Below, one piece after another: positions 9,689-18,937 of a DNA stretch of 59,943 nt (the stretch's first letter is position 1; each line of letters starts with the position of its first letter). The stretch spans positions 1 through 59,943 of the forward strand of contig CAZOCS010000001.1 of NCBI GenBank assembly GCA_964578365.1. The letters run 5' to 3'. The DNA comes from an uncultured Candidatus Cloacimonadota bacterium (GTDB taxonomy: Bacteria > Cloacimonadota > Cloacimonadia > Cloacimonadales > TCS61). A program made the position numbers and the translations under genes. The notes under the pieces were generated by a model. The model was not told the origin of the DNA. It saw only the letters and a list, made by a program, of their open reading frames with translations, and searched no databases.

Positions 9689-9708
9689 GGAAATTGCAGG
9701 AGTAAGAG

Positions 9709-10707
9709 TTGTTTAAGTATAATGTAGCTGTAGTTGGTGCCACCGGAGCTGTTGGTAGAGAGATGGTTAAGATCTTGATCGAACGCAAGTTCCCAATTAA
9801 AGATCTTGTTCTTTTAGCTTCGGAACGTTCAGCTGGGGAAACTTTCACCTTTAGGAAAAAGGAACTTCAAGTTCAGGAATTGAATACAAGTAGTTTTGAA
9901 GGTATTGATATTGCATTATTTAGTGCTGGAGGTTCTGTAAGTAAAAAGTTTGTTCCGATTGCTGTTAAAAATGGAACGATTGTTATAGATAACAGCAGTG
10001 CCTTCCGTATGGACTCACATGTACCATTGATCGTACCGGAAGTTAACCCGGGAGATGTGAAAAAACACAGTGGAATTATTGCAAATCCAAATTGCTCTAC
10101 AATTCAATTGGTAGTTGCCCTTAAACCAATATTAGATGAAGTTGGAATAAACAGAATAATCGTATCAACCTACCAATCTGTTTCTGGTACAGGCAAGGAT
10201 GCAATAGATGAATTAGCAGAACAATCATCTCGGGTTTTGAATAATAAAAAACCGGTTCGCAAAGTGTATCCGCATCAAATAGCTTTTAACATTCTACCTC
10301 ATATTGATGTTTTTGAAAATAATGGCTATACAAAAGAAGAGATGAAACTTGTTCATGAAACCAGGAAGATCTTTGGTAAAAGTAAGATCAAAATAACAGC
10401 TACTGCTGCTCGAGTTCCGGTTTTTTTTGGTCATTCCGAATCTGTTTATCTTGAAACAATAAAACAAATTTCTATCAAGAAACTTAAAAATATCTATCTG
10501 AAAACGAAAGGTATAAAACTTGTTGATGATATTGATAATATCAAATATCCATTAGCGATCATGAGCGAAATTTATGATGATGTTATGGTGGGAAGATTAC
10601 GTAAAGATCTCACTGAGCCAAATGGAATAAATATGTGGATCGTAGCGAATAACCTGCGTAAAGGCGCAGCACTTAATGCAGTTCAAATTGCCGAATTGCT
10701 CATTTAG
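9709..10707 (+). CDS. asd: Aspartate-semialdehyde dehydrogenase
   Basis: VAVVGATGAVG Rossmann start and active-site NPNCSTIQ. Length 332 aa. TTG start preceded by AGGAG. Confidence 0.93.
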   Translation: MFKYNVAVVGATGAVGREMVKILIERKFPIKDLVLLASERSAGETFTFRKKELQVQELNTSSFEGIDIALFSAGGSVSKKFVPIAVKNGTIVIDNSSAFRMDSHVPLIVPEVNPGDVKKHSGIIANPNCSTIQLVVALKPILDEVGINRIIVSTYQSVSGTGKDAIDELAEQSSRVLNNKKPVRKVYPHQIAFNILPHIDVFENNGYTKEEMKLVHETRKIFGKSKIKITATAARVPVFFGHSESVYLETIKQISIKKLKNIYLKTKGIKLVDDIDNIKYPLAIMSEIYDDVMVGRLRKDLTEPNGINMWIVANNLRKGAALNAVQIAELLI

Positions 10708-10716
10708 GAAGATCTT

Positions 10717-11919
10717 TTGAAAATCGTAATTCAAAAATTTGGTGGTACATCATTACAAAATACAGAGATCAGAAATAAAGCGGCTGAACATGTCTCATCT
10801 GCAATAAGGGAAGGTCTTACTCCCGTTGTCGTTGTATCTGCAATGGGAAGAAATGGAGATCCATATGCCACTGATACACTCTTGCAAACTGCAGAAACAA
10901 TTTTCAAAAATATTTCTCCCCGTGAAAAAGATCTGATCATGTCTTGTGGTGAACTAATTTCTGCAGTCGTAATGGTGCAGACCTTAAAGCAAAAGAACAT
11001 TGATGCAGTTGCTCTTAATGGAATGCAAACCGGAATAATTACTGATGAAAATTATAATCAGGCAAATATACAAAAAGTTGTTCCTGATAATATATTTAAT
11101 GCAATCAATAATGGTAAAGTACCAATTGTAACCGGATTTCAGGGAATAAGTGAGAATGGTGAAATAACTACTTTCGGAAGAGGCGGAAGCGATACAACTG
11201 CAAGTATTCTGGCAGCAGCACTAAAAGCAGATCATATAGAAATATATTCGGATGTAGAAGGATTATTAACTGCTGATCCACAACAAATTCCCGATGCAAA
11301 GCATATCTCTAAAGCCAGTTATATCGAAGCTGTGGAGATGGCCAATAAAGGAGCGAGCGTAATACATCCACAAGCAGTTCAAATAGCTTCTCAATATAAG
11401 ATCCCAATAAAACTATTCTCAACTTCCAATAAAGAGAGATCAACTGTTATTCATGAAATGAAAAACAACAGGCCGGTTACTGGTATTACAAGTAAAACAG
11501 ACATCATCTACACGCGAATTTTTCCCAACCAAGAAAATATCCATAAAACAGGATTGAGCATTTTCCAAACTCTCGCGCTGCAAAAGATCAGCGTCGATTT
11601 TATTGATATTACTCCAGATCTGATATCATTTATTATTGATCAAGAGATGGAAAATAAACTAATAGAAATATTAAAAGAAAATAATTATAAGTTTAAAACT
11701 GAAAAAGATTTTTCAAAGATCTCTGTTATTGGCTCTGGAATGACAGGAATGCCGGGAGTTATGGCGAAAATTGTGAAGGCATTGAGTTCCGAAGATATTA
11801 TGATCTACGAATGTACAGATTCTTATACGACAATTTCTTGTCTTATAAAAAGTTTAGATGAAGATAAAGCAATATTAGCACTACACAAAGAATTTGAATT
11901 AGGAAATAAAAAATGTTAA
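10717..11919 (+). CDS. lysC: Aspartate kinase (monofunctional, C-terminal ACT domains)
   Basis: IQKFGGTSL, GRGGSDTTA and a C-terminal ACT-like region (ISVIGSGM). Length 400 aa. TTG start. Confidence 0.92.
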   Translation: MKIVIQKFGGTSLQNTEIRNKAAEHVSSAIREGLTPVVVVSAMGRNGDPYATDTLLQTAETIFKNISPREKDLIMSCGELISAVVMVQTLKQKNIDAVALNGMQTGIITDENYNQANIQKVVPDNIFNAINNGKVPIVTGFQGISENGEITTFGRGGSDTTASILAAALKADHIEIYSDVEGLLTADPQQIPDAKHISKASYIEAVEMANKGASVIHPQAVQIASQYKIPIKLFSTSNKERSTVIHEMKNNRPVTGITSKTDIIYTRIFPNQENIHKTGLSIFQTLALQKISVDFIDITPDLISFIIDQEMENKLIEILKENNYKFKTEKDFSKISVIGSGMTGMPGVMAKIVKALSSEDIMIYECTDSYTTISCLIKSLDEDKAILALHKEFELGNKKC

Positions 11920-12563
11920 AAAAAATAGTACTGATTTTTCTCTTGGCAACCATATTTATAGGTTTAAATGCTGAGATCACTAAAACACAGAATAATATGA
12001 ATCTGATTTTTTTGCGTGAATTAGATTCCAATTTATTAGAATCCATCAAGATAATGGATGCATATAATCAAGCTACGGATAATATTCCGTATGAGGTTTT
12101 AGGACTTGAGAAGTATCAGAAATTCCTGATGGAAATGACAATGATCTGCATGAACTTGAGAAATGATATTACCAGCTCAATAGAACTAAACTCAGAACAG
12201 CGCGAAGTGTTTGTGAAGGATCTGATAAGTTCTTTAAAACCTGATGTAAAAAGTATTACAGAATCAATTACAAAGCAGCAGGATCTTCAAGGTAAACAAT
12301 TCTGCAGATTATTAAAGCAGAAGATCAATACTCATTTGAAGGATATAAGAAAAGAAATAATTATTGAAGAGGAAAAGATAATAGAGAGTAAAACTTTTGA
12401 TCAATATTTTTTCCATCTCCATTCTCAACAATTTATTTATCAACTCGTGCTGAATTTCTTAAAACCTTCAGATCACTTAAGCAGGACAAATAGAGCGTTT
12501 TTAATCCGTGTTGCAGCTGAGATCGAATATAACATAATTAATACAGAGGTTCCAACAAAATGA
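11913..12563 (+). CDS. Hypothetical secreted protein
   Basis: 216-aa ORF with signal-like N-terminus MLKKIVLIFLLATIFIGLNA. No recognisable motif. Ends in TGA at 12561..12563. Confidence 0.6.
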   Translation: MLKKIVLIFLLATIFIGLNAEITKTQNNMNLIFLRELDSNLLESIKIMDAYNQATDNIPYEVLGLEKYQKFLMEMTMICMNLRNDITSSIELNSEQREVFVKDLISSLKPDVKSITESITKQQDLQGKQFCRLLKQKINTHLKDIRKEIIIEEEKIIESKTFDQYFFHLHSQQFIYQLVLNFLKPSDHLSRTNRAFLIRVAAEIEYNIINTEVPTK

Positions 12564-12748
12564 TAAAAATATTATTAACTATACTTACATTTATAATAGG
12601 CGCAGCAACCGGTTATTTATATTATCGAGTTATTGGCTGTAGAGGTGGAGGTTGACCAATGACATCAAACGTTTGGTCAAACGTTGTTATCGGAGCAATA
12701 TTTGGTTATTTACTGCTTTCGCCAGTTATAGAGAAATTATTGAAATAA
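12560..12748 (+). CDS. Small two-helix membrane protein with an in-frame TGA (12653..12655): candidate selenoprotein of a DUF6132-like family
   Basis: Not in the ORF track. The ATG at 12560 overlaps the upstream stop (ATGA). The frame reads MIKILLTILTFIIGAATGYLYYRVIGCRGGG-TGA-PMTSNVWSNVVIGAIFGYLLLSPVIEKLLK and ends at TAA 12746..12748, one nt before the next ATG. The result is a C-x4-(TGA)-P-x-T-S-N motif. Hairpins overlap or follow the TGA. Confidence 0.55.
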
Positions 12749-12749
12749 T

Positions 12750-13322
12750 ATGAATACTGAAGTGAAACTTATCTCTCATCCCACACTTGGTAAGATTCAT
12801 TTTAGAAAAAGCAGGAAAGCTAAATATCTGAGACTATCAATTGATAGTTCTAAGATAATTAATGTAACAGTACCTCGAAATAGTTCGATCAGAAACGCCG
12901 AAAAATTCCTCCAGTCTAAAATTGGCTGGATACATAAACATCTAAGTAAAATCGATAACAGAAATAATTTTACACTTCAATATATCAAAAATTCTAATAT
13001 ATACAACAAAGATGAAGCAAAACAAATCATTCGAGATAGGCTTAATGAACTGTCAATAATTTATAAACTAAGTTTCAATAGATCCTTTATCCGTTCTCAA
13101 AAAACGCGGTGGGGAAGCTGCTCTGCCAAGAATAATATTAATTTAAATATTAAACTTATATATCTACCGGAGAGCTTGCTGGACTATGTGATCATACATG
13201 AATTAGTACACACGAAGATTAAAAATCACAGCCCGTTATTTTGGGAGGAAATGACAAAATATTATTCTGACCCAAAAGCTATAGATAAAAAACTACGTAA
13301 ATATAACCTGAAATTATTGTAA
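12750..13322 (+). CDS. YgjP/DUF45-family (M48-like, SprT-like) metal-dependent hydrolase
   Basis: RWGSCSAKNNINLN...DYVIIHELVHTKIKNHSPLFWEEM matches the DUF45 signature WGSC...HELxH...NHSxxFW. Confidence 0.88.
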   Translation: MNTEVKLISHPTLGKIHFRKSRKAKYLRLSIDSSKIINVTVPRNSSIRNAEKFLQSKIGWIHKHLSKIDNRNNFTLQYIKNSNIYNKDEAKQIIRDRLNELSIIYKLSFNRSFIRSQKTRWGSCSAKNNINLNIKLIYLPESLLDYVIIHELVHTKIKNHSPLFWEEMTKYYSDPKAIDKKLRKYNLKLL

Positions 13323-13324
13323 TT

Positions 13325-14212
13325 ATGATAAGAGAGATCAGGCTTTCCGATAAAAAAGAAGTGTTGCGAATATCATCTCAAATATGGGAAGGAGATGATT
13401 ATGTGACCAATGTTTTCGATGAATGGGTAACCGGTGATAACGGTCTTTTTACGGGATATTGGGAAAATGAAAAACTTATCGGTTTTGGAAGAATGAGATT
13501 TCTTACACCTACCGATATTTGGTTGGAAGCTCTACGAAAAGATCCACAAACAAATTTACGTGGAGTAGGAAACAAAATTGCTAAACATTATATGGAGCAA
13601 TTAAAAGGAAAAAAGATAAAGTCTGTTAGATTCTCAACATATTTCGAAAATATAGCCTCTATAAAACTTAATGAGAAATTGGGGTTTAATAAGATATTAA
13701 CGCTTTCATTAAAAGAAATAGAAATTACAAACCACCAGATAGAGCCAGATAATAATTTAATAACAGAAGGTGTTGATTTTGAAATATTAGATAATTATAT
13801 TCTTAATTCAACTTACCTAAATGGAACACATGATTTTATAAGTAGAGGCTGGGTAGTATATCAATATACAAGTGAACAATTAGAAGAATTTCATACTAAA
13901 AGACAATACGCTGTATATTCTGAAAATGGGGAGATAAAAGGTGCGATCCTTTTTTCTGAAGTTAACTACAGTAACGTTTTCTGGATTAGTCTGATAGAAG
14001 CTGAAAATAAAAAAGTATATAATGAATTGTTGGAGTATGCAATATTAAAAGCTTTAGAAAATAACTGCAAAAAAATTCAATTATTAGTACCTGATATTTC
14101 AGAATTAATGGAATTCGTGAATTTGTGTGGATTTAAAAGCTGGGAGCAAAATAACGATTTTTTACTGTATGAAATGCCCTTAGCGTTGATACAGCAAATA
14201 ACGGAAGTGTAA
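13325..14212 (+). CDS. GNAT-family N-acetyltransferase (two-domain form)
   Basis: Acetyl-CoA-binding-type motif LRGVGNKIAKHYM. Length 295 aa. Confidence 0.7.
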   Translation: MIREIRLSDKKEVLRISSQIWEGDDYVTNVFDEWVTGDNGLFTGYWENEKLIGFGRMRFLTPTDIWLEALRKDPQTNLRGVGNKIAKHYMEQLKGKKIKSVRFSTYFENIASIKLNEKLGFNKILTLSLKEIEITNHQIEPDNNLITEGVDFEILDNYILNSTYLNGTHDFISRGWVVYQYTSEQLEEFHTKRQYAVYSENGEIKGAILFSEVNYSNVFWISLIEAENKKVYNELLEYAILKALENNCKKIQLLVPDISELMEFVNLCGFKSWEQNNDFLLYEMPLALIQQITEV

Positions 14213-14213
14213 C

Positions 14214-15452
14214 ATGATTCCCAAAAATTTGCAGCTATTCAAATTTTCAGCTTATGGTTTCTTGAAAAATCAGCGTTTCTTTGATATTTTCATTTTTTTA
14301 TTCTTCATGGAACAGGGGATTACATTTTTGCAAATTGGAACATTGATCTCCATTAGAGAGATAGCGATTCTAATATTTGAAATACCAACCGGATTTGTAG
14401 CGGATAGTCTTGGAAGAAGGGGCTCGATGGTCTTTGCTTTCCTATCTTATATTTTATCCTTCATTATTTTTTGCTTCTTTCCAGGTTTTCTGTTATATAT
14501 TGTGGCAATGATATTCTTCGCACTTGGAGATGCTTTTCGTACAGGCACTCATAAAGCAATGATCCTGCATTATCTTAAACTCAATGATCTATTGCATTTA
14601 AAGGTTGAATATTATGGTTATACGCGAAGTTGGTCACAAATGGGATCTGCTTTAGCAGCTCTTATTGCAGGTGGAATTGTTCTTTATTCCGGCGAATATA
14701 AATATATCTTTTTGGGTTCAATAATCCCATACATTCTTGCCTTGATATTAATGCTTACATATCCAAAAGAACTAGATGGAGAAAGAGAACATAAAGAAGG
14801 ATTGTTAAATAATATTAAGCATAATTTCAAAATAACTTATGATAGTTTAAAGTTGAGTTTTAAAGAGCCATTATTGCTAAAAGCTCTGATGAATTCTGCA
14901 ATATTTGATGGATTATTCAAAACTGTGAAGGACTACATTCAACCCATTCTTCAAATGATTGTTTTATCCATTCCATTTTTGCTGGGAATAGAAAAACGAG
15001 AATCAATTATCATAGCAATAGTTTATTGCATCCTATACTTATTAACTTCGTATGCTTCTAGGAATTCAGGAAAATTTAGCAATAGATTCTCATCTTTGCC
15101 AATTGCGGTGAATAGTACTTTTATTGCAGGTATCTCATTTATATTGCTGGCCGGTTTATTTTATATTTTCGAATTACAAATAATCATAATAATTTTGTTT
15201 ATCATATTATATATATTACAGAATTTGCGAAGACCTCTAAATATTGGTTTTATCAGTGAGAATATTTCTCATGATGTTATGGCTTCCGGATTGTCTGTTG
15301 AATCACAATTGAAAACTTTATTTGTAGCTTTGATGGCACCCTTAATGGGCTTCTTTGCAGATTCTGTCAATATAGGAGCAGCATTCATTATTTTAAGTTC
15401 CTTGACACTATTAATTTTTCCACTGATTAAGGTTAGCAGAAAAGAGAGTTAA
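14214..15452 (+). CDS. MFS transporter
   Basis: About 12 hydrophobic segments. MFS loop signature GFVADSLGRRGSM between TM2 and TM3. Confidence 0.85.
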   Translation: MIPKNLQLFKFSAYGFLKNQRFFDIFIFLFFMEQGITFLQIGTLISIREIAILIFEIPTGFVADSLGRRGSMVFAFLSYILSFIIFCFFPGFLLYIVAMIFFALGDAFRTGTHKAMILHYLKLNDLLHLKVEYYGYTRSWSQMGSALAALIAGGIVLYSGEYKYIFLGSIIPYILALILMLTYPKELDGEREHKEGLLNNIKHNFKITYDSLKLSFKEPLLLKALMNSAIFDGLFKTVKDYIQPILQMIVLSIPFLLGIEKRESIIIAIVYCILYLLTSYASRNSGKFSNRFSSLPIAVNSTFIAGISFILLAGLFYIFELQIIIIILFIILYILQNLRRPLNIGFISENISHDVMASGLSVESQLKTLFVALMAPLMGFFADSVNIGAAFIILSSLTLLIFPLIKVSRKES

Positions 15453-15474
15453 TGAAAAATATGCCGGAGGATGT

Positions 15475-16038
15475 ATGATCAGAGATATGATTGTAAAAAA
15501 CCGTAGCTACCGCAGGTTCTTTCAGAATCATATAATTGAAATATCTTTGCTTGAAGATCTTATTGATCTTGCCCGGTTATCACCTTCTGCAGCTAATTTA
15601 CAACGATTACGTTTTAAAATCTGCAATACGGAAATAGAAAATGAAAAGGTTTTTTCTACTTTAAGTTGGGCCGGGTATTTAAAAGATTGGAAGGGACCCG
15701 AAATTGGGGAACGTCCCTCAGCATATATAACCATTTTATCAACAGAAAAAGATACTGGAAAAGTAGCTTGTGATGCTGGGATAGCATGTCAATCTATTTT
15801 GCTTGGTGCTGTGGAATCAGATTTACGCGGCTGTATTTTTGGCAGCGTGAAAAGAGATGAACTACAACAATTACTTAAAATTCCAAAGAAATATTCGATC
15901 AATTATGTAATTGCACTTGGTAAACCGAAGGAAAATATAAAACTTGAATATATTGAAAATAATAATATTAAATATTGGCGTGATGAAAATGGAACTCATC
16001 ATGTGCCTAAAAGAAAACTAGAGGATATTATCATATAA
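15475..16038 (+). CDS. Nitroreductase-family protein
   Basis: NRSYRRF...SPSAANLQ...ACDAGIACQSILLGA is a typical nitroreductase fold signature. Length 187 aa. Confidence 0.85.
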   Translation: MIRDMIVKNRSYRRFFQNHIIEISLLEDLIDLARLSPSAANLQRLRFKICNTEIENEKVFSTLSWAGYLKDWKGPEIGERPSAYITILSTEKDTGKVACDAGIACQSILLGAVESDLRGCIFGSVKRDELQQLLKIPKKYSINYVIALGKPKENIKLEYIENNNIKYWRDENGTHHVPKRKLEDIII

Positions 16039-16047
16039 GAAGGAATT

Positions 16048-17571
16048 ATGAAAAAAATTATTTTAATTACATTATTATTTTTATTCATATTCACACTTTT
16101 AACAGCTCAAAATGTTAATGGAGATACCTTAAGTGTAGATGGTAAGAAAATACTCAAGGTTTGGGGAACACACTACGAGCGAGGTTATGCTACGGGTTAT
16201 CTTCTTGGAAGTAAGATCAAAGAGATTTCAGAGAACTATTTTATTTACGCTTTTTTTGGCGGGAATTCATACCTCTATGAAAATACTAGAGCATATTTTC
16301 TTGATAATTTCCAGATAGAAGAGAAATACATTTCCGAAACTGAAGGATTAATTGATGGAATGATAGAGGCTGATATTATTCTTTTCAGTGATATTTTAAG
16401 TAGAGACATTGATGCAAATGATCTATTACTTTCTAATGCAATTGTAGATCTAGCTGCTTTGGGAGATTTAAATTCGGATTATGGCTTTGGGTGTTCTAGC
16501 TTATCCAGTTGGGGAGAGAATACAATATTAGATCCTGACTTATCTGGAGATCTATTAATTACGCGGAATATGGACTGGACGCCACATCCAGCTTTATTAG
16601 AGAATCATTTACTAGCTGTTCACTTCCCTTCGGAAGCTGATGAAGTTAATTGGTTATCATTCACGTTTCCGGGTTTTATAGGTGGGTTATCTAGTATAAA
16701 TGAGAACGGACTTTGTGCATTTATGAATATGGGAGATCATAATGAACATCCAAATACTTATACATTCCATCCAATATTACTATCTATTAGAAATGGAATT
16801 GAAGTATATGATTATGATGGTGATTATGATATTGCTCCTGAAGATGTACTAGCAGCAGTTGAAGAAAACTATCAATTAAGCGGATCTATTGTTCACACAG
16901 CAAATCACGAGAGTGGATTGGTGATAGAATGTAATAATCAGAATGGCGTAGTTGTTCGCGATGACAATGACAATACAGTTATTCCAGCTGAACATCTCGC
17001 TGCAACAAATCATTTTAGAGAGTTGTATCCACCTGCAGCTTGTTATCGTTATGATAATATAGCAGATTCACTTTCTGCAAGTTCAGATATCGACATTATA
17101 CGAAGTTGGGATCTTTTGGCAGGAGCTGCCGGGGTTTCCAATAATATTCATACTATACAATATGCTCCCACACTAAATTTGATAAAATGGTCAACTGCTG
17201 AAGTGGGAACACCAGCATATCAATTAGAACCTACGATATTAGATACAGAAGAACTTTTTACAAATAATACAAACACAAATCCACAATATTATCAAGATCA
17301 TTCCTTTCTAAAAGTATCTCCAAATCCTTTCTATAATTCTACAAACTTATCTTTTTCATTAACTAAAACAACTGATGTAAAACTTTGTATCTATTATATT
17401 AAAGGACATAAGATCAGAACATTGCTTAGTGAAGTATTGGTTCAGGGAAATCATAGTGTTAGTTGGGATGGAACGGATGAAAATGGAAAGAAAATTTCTA
17501 GTGGTATCTACTTTTACACACTTGAAACCATACATAATCTTTATACGAAAAAAGTTATATTGTTAAAATAA
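16048..17571 (+). CDS. Secreted peptidase C45 / acyl-CoA:6-APA acyltransferase-like Ntn-hydrolase with a T9SS C-terminal sorting domain
   Basis: Signal peptide. A GFGCSSLSSWG segment (candidate N-terminal-nucleophile Cys) with TRNMDW downstream. C-terminal VSPNPFYNSTNLSF...SSGIYFYTL is a T9SS CTD. Confidence 0.6.
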   Translation: MKKIILITLLFLFIFTLLTAQNVNGDTLSVDGKKILKVWGTHYERGYATGYLLGSKIKEISENYFIYAFFGGNSYLYENTRAYFLDNFQIEEKYISETEGLIDGMIEADIILFSDILSRDIDANDLLLSNAIVDLAALGDLNSDYGFGCSSLSSWGENTILDPDLSGDLLITRNMDWTPHPALLENHLLAVHFPSEADEVNWLSFTFPGFIGGLSSINENGLCAFMNMGDHNEHPNTYTFHPILLSIRNGIEVYDYDGDYDIAPEDVLAAVEENYQLSGSIVHTANHESGLVIECNNQNGVVVRDDNDNTVIPAEHLAATNHFRELYPPAACYRYDNIADSLSASSDIDIIRSWDLLAGAAGVSNNIHTIQYAPTLNLIKWSTAEVGTPAYQLEPTILDTEELFTNNTNTNPQYYQDHSFLKVSPNPFYNSTNLSFSLTKTTDVKLCIYYIKGHKIRTLLSEVLVQGNHSVSWDGTDENGKKISSGIYFYTLETIHNLYTKKVILLK

Positions 17572-17635
17572 TAAAAATAAAAATGAGAATGTTTTCTGAT
17601 AAAAAACTGAAAGCAGACTCTTGTCAGGAGGACAA

Positions 17636-18880
17636 ATGTATTTCGAATTCTTATCTAAAGAAGACAAAATGGCGATCGATGCTTTAAAAGAGTATCACGG
17701 TGGTGCAAAGAAGATCAGTGAAACAATTACTGAGATGAGAAAATATGAAACTCGAAAGAGAATATTAAATGAAAAAGGTTTTGGTGAAATGATAGCCGAT
17801 GCCGAAGAACTTGTGAAAAAATTCCCAAAAGTTCAAGATTTTGAGAAAAAACATAATATTAGCTACAACGATTCTCTTGGTGTAGCCACAGCTCAGGTTT
17901 CCGGTTGGCAAGGCGCCAAGGTTACACATCAAGGGATGAAAAGAATTGCCGAAAGTGCCGAAAATGGAGAGGAATGTTTCGTGCCTTCTGAGTTTATCTC
18001 GGTAGTTGCTCTTACCGATAATTACATTTATAATGGTGATTTAATGGCTACTCTTATGATGAGTGAAAATTTAATGAAAGCTTCTAAGTTCTGCAGCACA
18101 AACTTAATTGGAATTCCGCAACCGAAAGCAAGATTTAAGAAATTGGAAGAAGTTACAGGTAAAAAATTTGAAGTTGCAGAAGCTGATGCAGAAAATGCTG
18201 TAATAATTTTGAAAAATCAAGGAACTTTTTTTGGCAACTTTGGTGGAATCGAATGTGCAAATGACAACCATCTTGTATATCTTGATGGTATTACAAGAAC
18301 TGCTCTGGCAACTGGTGCAGATTTCTTCCTCAATCCAAGTTGGAGTTCTATCATAGCAGCCTGCTATTACGGAAGAGATATTCCAAATCTGTATTTTAAG
18401 ATATCAATGTTGCTCTCTACTCAAACAGTAATGCAGTTCCGAATGCTATTGAATATTATGAAATCTTATCTTCGTGATGATAACACATCTCCTTTATATG
18501 AAATCAATATTGGAAACGGTGCTTCTGCAGAAACATTTATTCAATGTGCAAAAGAACTTAAAGAAAGTGGTATAAAGGGAGTTAGTCTTGCTGCTCATAT
18601 CTATATTAATCCCGATCTTGGGATGGAAGGATTTAATTGGACTGAAAATGCTTTTAAGGTTTTGGAAAATGGAACAAATATGACATTCAAATATGAAAGC
18701 GATGGAACTGCTCGTGAATTGGATACAATGATGGCTTATTTCCTTTCGGAAGAAGAGCGAGATGAAAATGCAAGGAAGATAGGTGATGTGATCTATTATA
18801 AATCTTTACAGGCAACTAAAGATGGAAAAAGCTTTATGAAGAAAGGAATTAAATCAATTTTTGGTGGTGGATCGTATTAG
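17636..18880 (+). CDS. Conserved hypothetical protein (about 414 aa, soluble, enzyme-like), function unknown
   Basis: Clean ORF. The ATG at 17636 follows AGGAGG; the track ORF starts at a TTG at 17621. No motif I can assign. Confidence 0.7.
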   Translation: MYFEFLSKEDKMAIDALKEYHGGAKKISETITEMRKYETRKRILNEKGFGEMIADAEELVKKFPKVQDFEKKHNISYNDSLGVATAQVSGWQGAKVTHQGMKRIAESAENGEECFVPSEFISVVALTDNYIYNGDLMATLMMSENLMKASKFCSTNLIGIPQPKARFKKLEEVTGKKFEVAEADAENAVIILKNQGTFFGNFGGIECANDNHLVYLDGITRTALATGADFFLNPSWSSIIAACYYGRDIPNLYFKISMLLSTQTVMQFRMLLNIMKSYLRDDNTSPLYEINIGNGASAETFIQCAKELKESGIKGVSLAAHIYINPDLGMEGFNWTENAFKVLENGTNMTFKYESDGTARELDTMMAYFLSEEERDENARKIGDVIYYKSLQATKDGKSFMKKGIKSIFGGGSY

Positions 18881-18937
18881 TTTGTTAGATTAATCTCTAA
18901 CTTAGGCTTGAAAGTAATTTGTAGATTAGGAGCAATA

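Noticed and set aside
9640-9708. Possible lysine riboswitch or T-box upstream of asd-lysC, and a riboswitch in the 166-nt spacer 20952..21117 upstream of cupin/thrC
   Set aside because: The asd leader is only 69 nt, too short for an L-box. I could not recognise conserved cores of the SAM or TPP riboswitch classes in 20952..21117, only an imperfect repeat-type hairpin. An Rfam scan would be needed to be sure.
12653-12655. Alternative explanation of the in-frame TGA: a genetic code with TGA as a sense codon (code 4 or 25)
   Set aside because: TGA terminates three ORFs in this window: the hypothetical ORF ending at 12563, the SDR at 20951 and YjbQ at 32300. For YjbQ and the SDR this is at family-typical C-termini (YjbQ ends ...VKIIGE). 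Other genes in the window show no internal TGA. Sec recoding or a pseudogene remain the options.
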